Shown: piece by piece, positions 37,701-50,500 of the stretch
How the letters are laid out: the number at the start of each line of letters is the position of its first letter
Numbering within the stretch: position 1 is the first letter of the stretch
Source of the DNA: Kudoa neothunni
Taxonomy: Eukaryota > Animalia > Cnidaria
DNA: 64,000 nucleotides
Assembly (NCBI GenBank): GCA_964304625.1
Contig: OZ199839.1
Location: 2,947,223-3,011,222, forward strand
Reading direction: 5' to 3'
Position numbers and translations under genes: made by a program
The notes under the pieces: generated by a model
The model's input: the letters and a program-made list of their open reading frames with translations, nothing else
Databases searched by the model: none
What the model was told of the DNA's origin: nothing

Positions 37701-40427
37701 AGATTAAGAGCCACTACTTTAAGGCTTTATAAAACTTTAAATAGCACCGCGAATGAAAAAGCATGGTACGTATGGACGGATTCACTTGAATCCAAACAAT
37801 TTAGAAGGGCTTTACAGCAGTGTTTCCCAACCTTTTTTCTATCGTGCCCACTTTATCTTGACAATTATTTTATTTTTTACCTAAACTGTTGATAATTTTA
37901 AATAAAGCTCCCTATTACATTAAAATTTGAAAGCAATTAATGTGTATTTTTCTCTCATTCAAATGCGAATGTGTTCGATCAGATCTAATTTAATTTATCG
38001 ACGAACCTTAAAAATTAACGTCTTTAGTTCTTAGTTTCGTCAAAAAAAGAATCAAATGAAACTCGTGCTACTTTAACCTTCATTAGGAAAGACTTTCGTG
38101 TATACGCGACTAATGAGCCGAAAATAAATAACATAAATACAAAATTAATCAATATTATATTAGGTTTAATCAAAAAAGGGGATATATGATTCTAAATGAA
38201 ACAAGACTGAGATTAAAACCATTCCGCTTCTATTCGAGTTAAAATCATTTGAGTATTATTTATTTTTATATAGTTACTCATTGTCTTTTGTATTTTTTTG
38301 TGGTATTAACTAGGGTTGCACCGATACCACATTATAAATTTAAATTGTTTTAGACGTTTGTTGTATTCTAGTGAGATTAAGCCAAAATTTTGAGTAGTTA
38401 AAAAAAAGTTTTATTTCTCCAATATTTACTGATTTTACTTAATAAGGGAACCTAACTGATTGTATTGTCGGTAAGTAAAATATTTATTTTCTCAAATAAT
38501 GTATTGATATGCTTCACATGGATAATTAGTTAATTTAGTAAGGCAAAACAAATACTTTTCGCGAAATTGGTGTTTTTATTCATAAAAACATCAAACCATG
38601 AATAATATATTTTACCAGATAATTGAATTGTTCGCTTGTCATATTTTTATAAGATACTAGCGCGAACTGTCCAGCGTTGCTTGGGGAAGATTTCGCATTG
38701 AGACGTTTCTTTATAACATTAAAAAAAATATTACGATTCAAATTGATTTATAGAAACAGTCAAACGAAATTTTGTAAGCATCATACTTTTTCTATTTTAT
38801 TTCGAAATTTAAATCATGATTAGTTCTGTGCAGGAGTGTATCAAATAAATCCTGGGTTGTTAATTAACAATTTCTAGTCCAGCGCCAACCCTAAAAAATT
38901 TTAGGTCGGTTTCATATTTATTTTCGTTCCGAATTATTTAAACTCTCTTAAAGTGCAATCTAAAACGTTAGTTTTTGGCCCTGGGGATTTTTAAAGTCGA
39001 ATTCCGAGTTGGCTCGAATAATGTGTGCACCACAAACTTTTAAAGGATAAAAAATAGAAAAAGTAATAGAGATGAAGAAAAAACAAGAAAATTAATTGGT
39101 ATTGCTCAAATTAATATCCTTTGGCCCCGCATCAACTTTAATGCGCTTTTTTTAAAAACATTGAATTATTTAGTTTCTTTCTTAGTTATTAACTCAAAAG
39201 TTATTTATTATTACTATTTAGATTTTTTATTATTGATATATAACAATTTTCTATAAACTAAATTTAAAAATAGACTTTTTTCCAATTTCACAAAAAATCT
39301 CATGTTTCACTATAATAAAAATACATTGTGAACTTTTAAATGTAGATATTAATGTAGTAAGATTTGTTTAGTTTATAATTTTTGCTATTACATTTTTTAT
39401 TAGAAATTAACAAATTATTCAGTTTTTATTATTAAAATTCAGGATCCTAATTTTTAAAAATGATTATATTAATCCTTTTACATTGAAGTGTGTGTAAAAC
39501 ACTGAAAACTATATTTGAAACTATATTTTTATTGTTTTATAAGCTTTTTTATATGCCAAAATTTCCTAACAACAAAATTGTCCAAATATACTAATGGTGA
39601 ATATTTCAAGATGTAAATACAATATATTAATTAAGGGTATAATTTTTATCGGTACACTTATAATTCATTAAAACTAATAGTTTTATAGAAATAACAATTT
39701 CTATATGTTTATGTTTTTTTATAACTACATTTTTACGTTTTTCGAATGCTATGCTTAATACTCACATGTAAGAATTCCTCCTAAAAAGTGACAACTTCTT
39801 ATAATCTATCATAAGTTATTTCCCTATTGAAATTAGATGTTGATCTAAAATATAATGTTGATTAATTATTAGAAAAACTCATCAGCTCCAAGAAAATTAA
39901 GAAAATATATTTTGAGAGCACGTGATTGTTTTCTCGCCTTTAAACTATTCATACTTAAAACCTATAAAAACCCATGTAATTAAATTTGATATTGTAAAAT
40001 TTGTGTTTATACGGTAAAAAATATGAAGCAGAATCAATTTATGAATGATTATCAAAACAAATTAGAGATCAATTCGATGTTTGTTGAAAAAAGATGGAGA
40101 TTAAACGTGTAACCGACCGCGTTCGGAAGAAAACTTCTCAAAATTTTAAAGTTATTATTTTGAGCTGAAATTTTACTCTCCATATTCTTTTATTATATTA
40201 TCAAGAATGGCGAAAAAACTTGTGCGAGAGGACGTTTTTTCGGTGCCGCATACTTTATCCTATATTTTCTTGACAGGCCTAACGAATATTGCAACCCTAA
40301 TATTTACCGTCACTTAAGATTAGGCGATATTGACTTCGAAATGCGTCATATCTCCCAATTATCTCACCATTATTCGTGTCACAACAATACTCAGGATTTT
40401 CAGCGCCCCAACAGAGCGGTTCATTAA
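34787..40427 (+). CDS. SAP30-binding protein (HCNGP)-like gene with a ~4.95 kb intron; exon model tentative
   Basis: Exons ~34960-35250 give IQDIESKNQKFYARI (~LQDKIQKLYERK) and 40206-40427 give EYCNPNIYRHL (~EFRNPSIYEKL); similarity judged by eye only. Confidence 0.5.
35867..36300. mobile_element. piggyBac-like terminus
   Basis: TTAA|CCCTCGGAAG, then palindromes GGGGGACCTAAGGTACCCC (~35908) and GTAGGGATATTTCCTAC (~36278). Other end not found. Confidence 0.5.
36653..37716. mobile_element. Non-autonomous hAT element; second partial copy at 61155-61828
   Basis: TIRs CAGCGGTTCTTAATCT ... AGATTAAGAGCCACTA; subterminal GGGGTCCGC; degenerate 8-bp TSD TTCTAATG/CTTTAAGG; internal sequence shared with 61155-61828. 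Confidence 0.85.
37818..37860 (+). mobile_element. Isolated hAT-type terminal repeat
   Basis: CAGTGTTTCCCAACCTTTTT preceded by CTTTACAG (central TA). Confidence 0.5.
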
Positions 40428-40692
40428 ACGTTCAAAAATTTCCATGCCCCACCAAAATATTTTCACACCCCACGTTGGGAACACTGCTTTATAGTATTGG
40501 GCTAGCTGAGTGTGTCAGACACGCACACGCAATTATATTTATTAATAAATTAACAGTAAATCTTTGAAAAAACATCAAAGTGCTTATTTTGAAAATTCTC
40601 TGTGCACTTTATACTGGTTCAAATAACAACACAAAAATCAACAAAAATCGAGTGAATTATATCAATCTGTTAAGGAGTATTTATTTATGGGT

Positions 40693-42540
40693 TTATTTTT
40701 GGGGTAAACGAGAGTAACCCCCATTACGTCGTTTCATGCAAAAAATCAACAACACAACCAATACGGCAGTGACCGATACATAGGCAGACATAATTAAGAG
40801 GTTACCCCACGAATAATAATCTAAACAATGTTAGTGGGCAAGTGTATTAGGTGAGAGCCACTTGAACTGGACTTGATTTTTGAGTTGAAACACACATCTT
40901 TAGTGTGTTCCACATGTACATTTTTAAGGATTCTATAGTTTGATTAAGAAATATCACACACAACCTATTTGTTACAGCAGGAAATTCTCCAACGTGCATC
41001 GATTGGAATTCATATAACAAGCAGTTAGAGGAATCGGTTTAAATTCATCTGACAAGTTTCGCAAAAAAAACTTCAACAACTGGAGCGCCATCATCGTCGA
41101 TGTACAGCTCAACAGCAACAGCAGCCGAATAATAGATTCTGTCGTATACAGGGATTCCCATGGCGGTCAACAGTGATAATAAAGTGACATCATGCTAGAA
41201 TAGCAGTGTTATTATAATTTGAGAATTGTTGGATGTGATTCAAATACTGCTGAGTAGAAATACAACTTTTTTGATTGGCTCAAAGCATTAGCGTTTCGTA
41301 ATCGATAGTTGGAGTCGTCTTTACCTGTATGGGTATCCACGAAAAAATTGAGGATATGGATTTTTGAACTTTTCTCCATGTTATTGGAAATGGTCCACAA
41401 TAGATTCCCTGCAAGAACTCTTTTCATAGCGATATCATCACTGAGATAAGTAGCATTTAATTTCACAGCATAACCCTCCGACAGAATCTTCATTGTGGTG
41501 TCGGCTACCCATGTAGGCAGTGACATATCGAGATCTTTCTCAATCATTAACTCTTCATAGATTAACCCACTTGAAACCACATTAAGCTTTTCTCCTGTGT
41601 AGTTGGATAGGAGATCGTAAAATATCTATAGTTTATCAAATTTATTAATCATTTCTTCAGACGAATTAATATTATCTGATAAAATAACATTATTATTAAA
41701 TTATTTATGTGAAATTAGAAGTATTAAACAATACTATTCATGTCATCTTATGGGAGCTAATTGTATAATTACTTGGTTTTTCTCTTGGAAATCAGTTATA
41801 GGTTTGCTTTTCATTGCGACTAAAAAAAGTACGTCACGCGTTGGACATTTGCACACTGAGCTTTGAAGCATCTAACCAACGCATTTAAAGCATTCGTTGA
41901 CAATTTATGTAACAAATAATACACAATCTAACCATTTAGGAGTGGTTTGAATGGGTACTGGCTGCCACTTTAGATCATTATTCCAGACTTGTTTGTCAGC
42001 TGGCGGAAAAAAACCAGCAGCCACAAGTTCGGCACTCATCAAACATCTCTCCACATTACTACTAATGAACTCCACCTAAATTTCGTTCAGTGTACCACAT
42101 AAAAATATTAAATTGATGCAATCAAAACAAATACAGTAGAATGGTTGAAACTTGGAGGAATCAATTTAAACTCTTCAACGTATCTTTTGGCAAGAAGTTG
42201 ACCCAACTTGAAAGCAGACATTTTTCCCTCCTTTATCAAACATATTTAAAAACTATGTATTCTTTTAATAGAAAGCTTTTTATCATCGTACATTGGTCAA
42301 CTGGCCCAATCCTTCATACCATAATTTGTATTCCGAATTTGGAAACACTGAACGAGGAGTTCTATGTCCATGTCGAAACAACTACAACCGAATAAATTAA
42401 TCCTAGAATTTGAGTTAAATTAAATTTGTTTTTACTATATTTGATTGTATCAATTTCTTGGTGTTGGCACTGTGCTCAATATTAAACCAAATAACAATTA
42501 GAATGCTAATTTTTACAGCAGCGGTTGGAAGGGAAAACAT
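40693..42540 (-). CDS. ACP2: Lysosomal acid phosphatase (histidine phosphatase branch 2), multi-exon
   Basis: Signal peptide, FRHGHRTP, GLGQLT, RCLMSA, WQPVPI, FYSAHD, C-terminal TM helix and GYSRL (GYxxPhi) lysosomal sorting tail. One +1 homopolymer frameshift at 41063-41070. Confidence 0.9.
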
Positions 42541-45500
42541 CAAACAACAACAACAACACCCAATCCGTAACACCTGCTTATAAGTCGACTAATCCTATTA
42601 TCTAAACATCAACTAATACAATAAAATATAGCTGTAATATTGTTAATTTGAATGAAATAGAAAATGCGGATTTTCACTGAGTAATTAAGTTAATCAAATC
42701 CCACGATAAATAGCTGAATCAACACGAACCCGCCCAGCCACTAAGGAGAATTCAAGTTCCAAATCCCTTGAAACCAAATTAATCCGAAAACAAAAAGAAA
42801 TACATACTAGATTATTGTGATCATATAACGAGTATCTCCCGAATATCGTTCGTTACAGAGAACATTTCGAATATCCATCGTTGACCAGAAAGTTCGTTTA
42901 AATTCAATTTATTAATAAATTGTGAATATTTTCGTGTAAAGGGGTTTGGTTCCGATTAAAAATCAGCAAAATATTTCGTTATTTTAATCTTTATTTTATG
43001 CATATGGATAAAATGTGAGACATCACTGTTTGTTATTGGTACCGATTTGACTTTCACCTGGTTAATGACTGATGATTTGTTTTTGATCCAATGAATTTTT
43101 GGGGGGATTAAAACGATCGGATATAGTCAAATTATAACGTTTTGAGCCTATTAACAAGTTTCTAATCAGAGTTACGTAGTGGAATTTTTTCATTCTCTAC
43201 TTTAGGGACACCAATAATTTATATTTATGTCTAAAAAATGAAAGACTTGGACAGATAATTTGAATAAATTTATAAAGTTTACAGTAGCTATACTTTAATA
43301 ACTAGAAATGTTACGATACCTGAAATTAAATAAAGTTTAATAACTATGCTCAATATATTTAAAACTTTATGTTTAGGATGATCAATATAGATTAATTGAT
43401 CAATAATTAATTTAAAAACAGTTTTAAATTAAGATATATAATTATTTTAGACATTTTTTGAGCGTTTATTCGGCGAAAATTTTGGTTTCCCTCTTTTTCA
43501 GCATTAACTCGATACACAAATTCATATGAGTCCTATTTGAATCAATTTAATTGTTTATTTTAGAAACTAACGTTCATAAATATGAGAAAATTAAATGAAA
43601 AAAGAATTTTAGAAAAATAAGGAACTTCAAAGCATGCTGCGTATTTCTCTGCAGTGGCTATTGCACAACCTTATGGAATGATAGGCATTATTTTTTAACA
43701 TTATACAATAGGTATTGGACCTTTAGATCACGTATCTATAACGCTGAATAAAAAATAAAAAAGATTTTTTAGTCTATAGTTTTCTTGTCGATTTAATTAG
43801 TCCAATTAAATTTAAATTGAGGTCTCTATACTGTATAATACGACGTTTTTCTTCCATTTATTGTATAGTTTGTTTATTTGAGTTCTTCGTACATTATCAA
43901 CCATTTAAAAGAATCATATCTATACTTTTTTTAAAGTTTTAATCAATTATGTTTCCAAAACATTCTTTATTTAAATCCTAACAAATTAAAGAGAGGAATC
44001 AGAGTTATTTCATTGTATGAATCCATAAAACAAATTTAATGCTCAAAAGCTATAACTTGAAACATTTTAACTCGTTATATAAACTGGACATATTATAGTC
44101 TCAATAATTTAACGTTGGATAATTTGTCCTAAATCTAGTTTAAAATCAAAAAATAAAAATTTTAAACTCTAAAATTTATTAATTTTTATTGTTTACTTAA
44201 ATAATGAAATTATGAAGGTTTTGGAAACAATAGAAACCCAAGTTGATTGTAATGGGGGAAAAGTGGAAATAATTCCGGTCTTCTAAATATTCATGTAGTA
44301 AAATTCTTGATTATAAAAGTTAAGATCAATCATTTTAATGAAAGAATATATTGGTTTTCAAATTTAAATATCCCTGTTTGTGAAACATAATAAATTCCGG
44401 CTGAAATCGATGTATGAGATGTTTATTGTGTTTACGAGTCGATACTTAACTACGGAGGCATTATCTCAGACATTAATCGTTTGCTTTCAATGTCTTTTAA
44501 TAGATATTATCGTCCGGAAATCTAAAAGTAAAAATTATCAATTTCATTTAAAAAATAATTTAATTATGTCAATTTTTTATGTTTTGTTGATGTGCATTCA
44601 AACGCCGGCTTTACGCGGAACGGTTGAGAAGGTATTAGGCCACGTGACCAATAAAAATTTTAATTAACAAATCCCTAGATTTTAATTTGCGGATACACCA
44701 TGTTTATTTGCGGCATAATCATAATCATAATTCATGTAAGAATTTCAATTGGGAAATTAATCAAACTTTGGATAGTATATATTAAACAACAGAAACTTAA
44801 TTAAGATAATAGTAACAAATATTAAAGTTTTTATAAATATAACTCTTGGTTTGGTCATTTAAATAAATTTCAGCGATTCTAGATTGATGAAAAATTATCT
44901 TTATTTTTACTGACAATGAATGGCCCATAGTATGCGTTACAATTATCTCGTATATGTATAGCTTCATAGGCGAGGAAACTCCAAAATTTCTTTGTGTATC
45001 CTACTCTTGAAGTTGAAATATTTATCAACACTTTTCTTAATAGGGTGTTTGGATCCCATATAAATCTTATATTACAAAGATATGAAAAAACTGTAAAATG
45101 TGATATTTTATGTTATGTAATCCATTTTTCTCCTAGAAATATTTTTATTTTTAATTATATTATTAAATAATTTAATACCTAATTTATTTTAAATACAGAC
45201 GTCCAATGAATAACATATTCATAAGACTAGTAGAATTTGAATTTATGATTTTTATTTTGCGCAAAGCACATAAAATCGAAATGTATCACAATATGTGTTC
45301 GTATTTAGTTTAAGTTATGTATATTGGAGCACATACTTGAAATTTTAATGGTTCAATTTCTGCCACTAATAAAAATGACAAATTCACCCCTTAATGCAAT
45401 TATGGTGAAAATATTGTCTCTATAAAACCATTAAGCGAATCCTCAAAGGTACGGTGACAAAAATATTACTGGGAAATTTTTAATTGAAATCCAGAATAAA

Positions 45501-46176
45501 TTTATAAATAGTCAAAATAATTAGATAAATAGTATCTATCAAACTAACGTGAAAATAAAGATTTTGAAAAGCCATTAATGACTTTTATACTTTGCGATAT
45601 TCTAATTTTTTAAAAATATCTAATAATAATATGAATATCCGCCACTTACTTATACAGAAAACTTGTGATTCCATATCAAAAAGTAATCATATTTGATGCC
45701 AATATATCCATCTAGTTTCAAACAAATCAATTTGATCTTTATTATTATTCTTAAAGCCTTCAATCAACCAAATTCTAAATATATAAAAATACAAAGAAGT
45801 TTAATTTGAACCATCCAGCTCATTACAACCAACGGAATTTAATCAATCCAAGTATCCTAAACACCCGCTTCTTGTCCTAGTTTTAATAGTGAGGTCATTC
45901 ACGTGTTATCCAGTCATTTTGAAATTTTCCAATTCATCAAATATTAAGATAATATTGTATACATATTTAAGAATGAATTGGCGTGACTGCCTAGCTTTGC
46001 GTAGTAGTGAGTGAGGGGATCTTTATGATAGATTGACTGAAAAGTAACTCAAATTTTTCCCAAAAATTTGAAAAATTTATAATTCTACTTCTCCTTTTGT
46101 ACGATGTATTTTAGAGATTGTCTTTGTTCTCCACATTTAAGAAAATAATATTTTATTCTAAATACACATTGATGAA

Positions 46177-46217
46177 GTATTATTATTATTATTATTGTTG
46201 TTGTTGTTGTTGTTGTT
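46177..46217. repeat. Compound (TAT)n(TGT)n microsatellite
   Basis: Read directly. Confidence 0.9.
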
Positions 46218-46474
46218 CTAGCCAGTATCATTTCAATAAATCATTATTAGTCAATAGACTTTGATTTAATCTAATTCAATATTATTATATCACAAAACTA
46301 GAAGAAAATATCATAATAATTCGTCAAATGTGGATAAAGAAACGATAGGATTAATTTTTGGGAGACTTCAACAACACTAGAACTAATTTTGTCAATCTAA
46401 AAGCTACAAACAAATAATCATGATTTCGGTTGATTCACTTATTTTCACAATTTACATCAATAAACAGACAAAAA

Positions 46475-47530
46475 ATGTTCGGAGTTGATTCAGAACGATT
46501 GTATTTGCGCGCGCACATATAAGATGAGTTTGTTTTATTTTGAAAACCGGTTTAACGAGTAAAAAAACTTAACCTATCGGTTTAAAAAATCATTTTATTT
46601 TTTTAAAGAGCAATAAAGGATATAGAGGCGTTGGAGGTGACTTTACGTCAATGTGACAACATAAATGCAGGTGAGTTACACCGAATATTGATATCGCTGA
46701 ATTTTCTATTAAAATCCATAAAAGCGAACGAAATTAAATCAAGTATTGATGAAAAACAAAGAGAACTCGAAGAAGTTGTACAGTCATCCAGAAAATATGT
46801 AAATGATTGTTCGAATGATCATTTTGGAAATATCAGCGATTTAAGGGGGTGTGTTTTGATAATTATCCAACTACACTATAATTGGATTATTAGTGTAACT
46901 GAGAATTGGCACAGAGTATCGCTTGCAGTTAAAGAAAATGTTGAGATTCAACATAAAAATTGTGTCAGTCGTGTATTCTCTAGTTTATTTTTATCACATA
47001 CTGACTTAATTAAAAATATTATTTTTTAAATTTTTCTGTGTTTTTTGAATTTTTAAGTTTGTTTTAGATTGAAATAAGGACAAATAGAGAACGTTTATTT
47101 GAGAATATTCGTACAAAAGTGGCTGATTATTGTTAACAGTAGGAGTTAATCAGTTATTTTAGCCCCAGTCAGATTCGTTGCAAATGATGCAATTGGAAAA
47201 CGAGTACAAATCAAGTCTACAAAATTCGAATTTTTATATGAATCAGGTTGTTGATGCAAGTGCCACATTGTTGGACGAGTTGAGGATTCAACGAGGCTTT
47301 TTAAAGGTGCTTACAGACCAAGAATCCCATTTATTATAATTAGATAATAATCTATTTATTATTTTTAGAGAATCGGTAAAACCATATCTAGACTGACATC
47401 CAAATTAACCTTATCCTATTCATTAACCAAAATGATTAATCGTCGTGGCAAACGGGACAAAATCATTTTCAATTGTTTAGCCACCTCCCTCATATGTTTT
47501 ATTTTTTGGTATTGGTATGCACGTATGTAG
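46475..47530 (+). CDS. GOSR2: Golgi Qb-SNARE membrin/GS27/Bos1, multi-exon
   Basis: NEIKSSIDE, SSLQNSNFYMNQVVDASATLLDELRIQRGFLK..LTLSYSLTKMINRRGKRDKIIF, followed by a C-terminal TM anchor, matching the membrin SNARE motif. Confidence 0.78.
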
Positions 47531-47590
47531 AATATCAACAAAAATATTTTAGAAACATGAATATAAATAAAAATATATATTGTCGGTTTT

Positions 47591-50500
47591 TTATGTATTC
47601 TCTTGTATCCATTTGTTTTCCAATGCCTTAATAATGAGAAAAATTATGTATTGAACAATAAATCTGATACATACATACCTCACTTGCGGATAGCCTCATA
47701 TCTGGGTTGTGGCATAACAAACAGCATATAAATACACTAGCATGTGTGGACATTTCGAATGAGTGTTGATTGTCGAAATTGATACTGCCATCGATGATAT
47801 TTTGGAAGATTTCATTCTGATCATCGTTCAAGCTGTAGAAAGGTGGGCATCCAGTGAGCATAGTGAACAACATTATTCCTATAGCCCATAGATCAATGGG
47901 AAATCCGTATGATTTGCTTAGCAGCATTTCAGGGGCGAGATAATAAGGTGTCCCACACATGCCAGACACGAGATAATTTTTGTTGGCAATATGGTGGACA
48001 GGGTCGAGTTGAACGGACAATCCAAAGTCACTTATTTTTGCTATCGGAATATGATGGTTGTGGTAGGTGGAGTTGGTGAAAAGGAGAATATTTTCCAATT
48101 TTAAATCACGATGAAGTATATTATTTTTGTGAAGATAGTTGGTAGCTAGAAGTATTTGATAGGTGATATTGGCGCTGAGTTTTTCACTTAAACAAGTGGC
48201 TGATTTAGAGTTGGTTACACGTTTGGATTCGTTTTCGAGCAATACCGAAATCACATAGTTGTAGAGATCCCCCATGTCAGCGTATTCCAACACCACACCC
48301 AAACCTTTGTCACAATCCCAAAAAATATCAAAAGTTTGGACGATATGATTGTTCATAGAATCCTCCAAGGCCTTCAGCGTCTAAATTCGACTCCAATGAA
48401 ATAACTGCTTTTCATTATTAATTTTTTCGAAAAAAATTATAATCTACAATAAGAACAGATATTTAGAAACAACGAATGCATTATTTTATCATATCATAAA
48501 AATTCATTAAAAACTGTGATCAAATCCATATATAACCTATACTTGAGTCATTAAAAATATATAAAATTTGTATTGCAAAAATAAATCATTTTAATGTATT
48601 CTCATAGTCAATTTTTAATTTTTTAGGGATTAAAACGAATATACACATCTTTAAGTATCCTCCCCCTCTACTATTTATTCTTTTCTGTATTAGGCAACAT
48701 AAATTTGACATGTAAGAATACGATAATATTTATCTCTATCTATTACATTAAAATTTATTGCTTAAGCTATAATATTTAACTCAAGTGAGTCCAGTGCATG
48801 TTTAAAGAAAACATTGTCGATTAAAAGAAATATAGTCTTAGGTTTTTAGATGGGAAACCTTATAAATATTTAAAATGAATCTTACAATTATTAATGTATT
48901 GTTAGATTTTAGTTTGTTAAAAAATAATACTCTTTATTAAACCAAGAAAACAAGGTGTTTGTATTATTTTTAATGTCTAAAATAGCTAAATATTTTTGCC
49001 ATGGAGTCAACTTTTTGATGGTGAAAATTTTGAAATATATTTAAGTCAATATTTGTAAGATATATTAATGTCTGTTTTTTAACCCTCTAAGTAAACTGGA
49101 GTCCATTTGGACCCCAGACGAGATTGCCATCATGTTTTCTCGTCCGTTATGTAATAATTAGAATTCAAACTTCTTGTATTCTCGTTAAACACGTTTATCT
49201 TTAGAGTAATAGATTTATTGGAATTTCCACGTATCACAGCAACTTTTATAACAAAAACATCTTCGGAGTATAATTGGGGCCCACTTGGACCTCAAAATTT
49301 TTTTTGATATTTTAAAAATATACTATTATTTATATTAATTTTTAAATAGAAATTTAATTTAAACATATTTTGCATACCAAAATCTAACCAATAATTTTTC
49401 GACACGCACGCGAAAACGTGCAAGTTTCCATTGTGTAAGCATGGATTTCTTGGGGGAAAATAGCGAGGATAATATTGATATGAATGAAATCAAAACACCC
49501 GACCTAAACTACTTGAAGGAGACTATTGGCGATGGGATTGATGAAAATAACGATTCGCTTGTAGACAAAAACAACAATTTATGGCGTGCAATCAAACCAA
49601 AGAAAACCAACGTGGCGGCAGAAAATAAAATGAATTTTCTTGAAGGTGTGACTATGTAGGCCATATAAAGGATCTTTAATAATGCAAGATTCTTCATCAT
49701 TTCTTCCCAATGGAAATAGTGGAACAAACAATTGAATATTCGAATCAGTGCGGTAAGAATCATTATGGAAATAAATGGAAAGATTTTGATGTTAATGAAA
49801 TGCATGGTTTTATTGGCTGGTTATTGTTCATGGCTTTCCATAAGGATAAGCAAAAGCCTTTGTTGAAGTGTTTAGTTGCGACGAATATAGGAAGACACAC
49901 AAAGAGCCTTTTTCTTTGTACAGATTCAGATAACTAACAAGAGCGCTCCAGTTTGATAACGCAGAAACTGGGGAAAAACAGCAGCTACATGATAAATTTT
50001 GCACAATTACAGAAATATGGGACATTTAGGCTAACGTGGAAAACAAAAATTATAACCACGGAGAAAATATGTGTCGTGATGAGCGATTTGGTTTCTTCTA
50101 GGGGTAACTGCTCTTTTAGACAATATATAAAATGTAAGCTAACAAAGTACGGATTAAAATGTTTGTTTCCGGTAGACCCAGCATCTATATTATGTGTTTA
50201 TGGAGTTACTGAAGAATTCCGGTATCAGTCATTTAAAATAATCAATCATCCTATTTATATAGGAACATAGCATAGAGGCGCACGTGTTAGAAAAAACATT
50301 TCTTAAAATTATAATTTTGTATTTTGACAGGGAAAACTATTATTAAATGAAATCACAAAAAAAATCTGGGTCCAAATGAACCTGATTAATTGTCACTTAG
50401 AAGGTTATAATCACAATGAAAGTGTATTGCTCGCATGAAGTGGTCCTAATTCGTGCATAAACGATCATTGATAAAAATTCAATTATCTTTAGATTAATAA

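Noticed and set aside
46501-46575. U12-type intron in GOSR2 (CTTAAC near the acceptor)
   Set aside because: No RTATCCTT 5' splice site.
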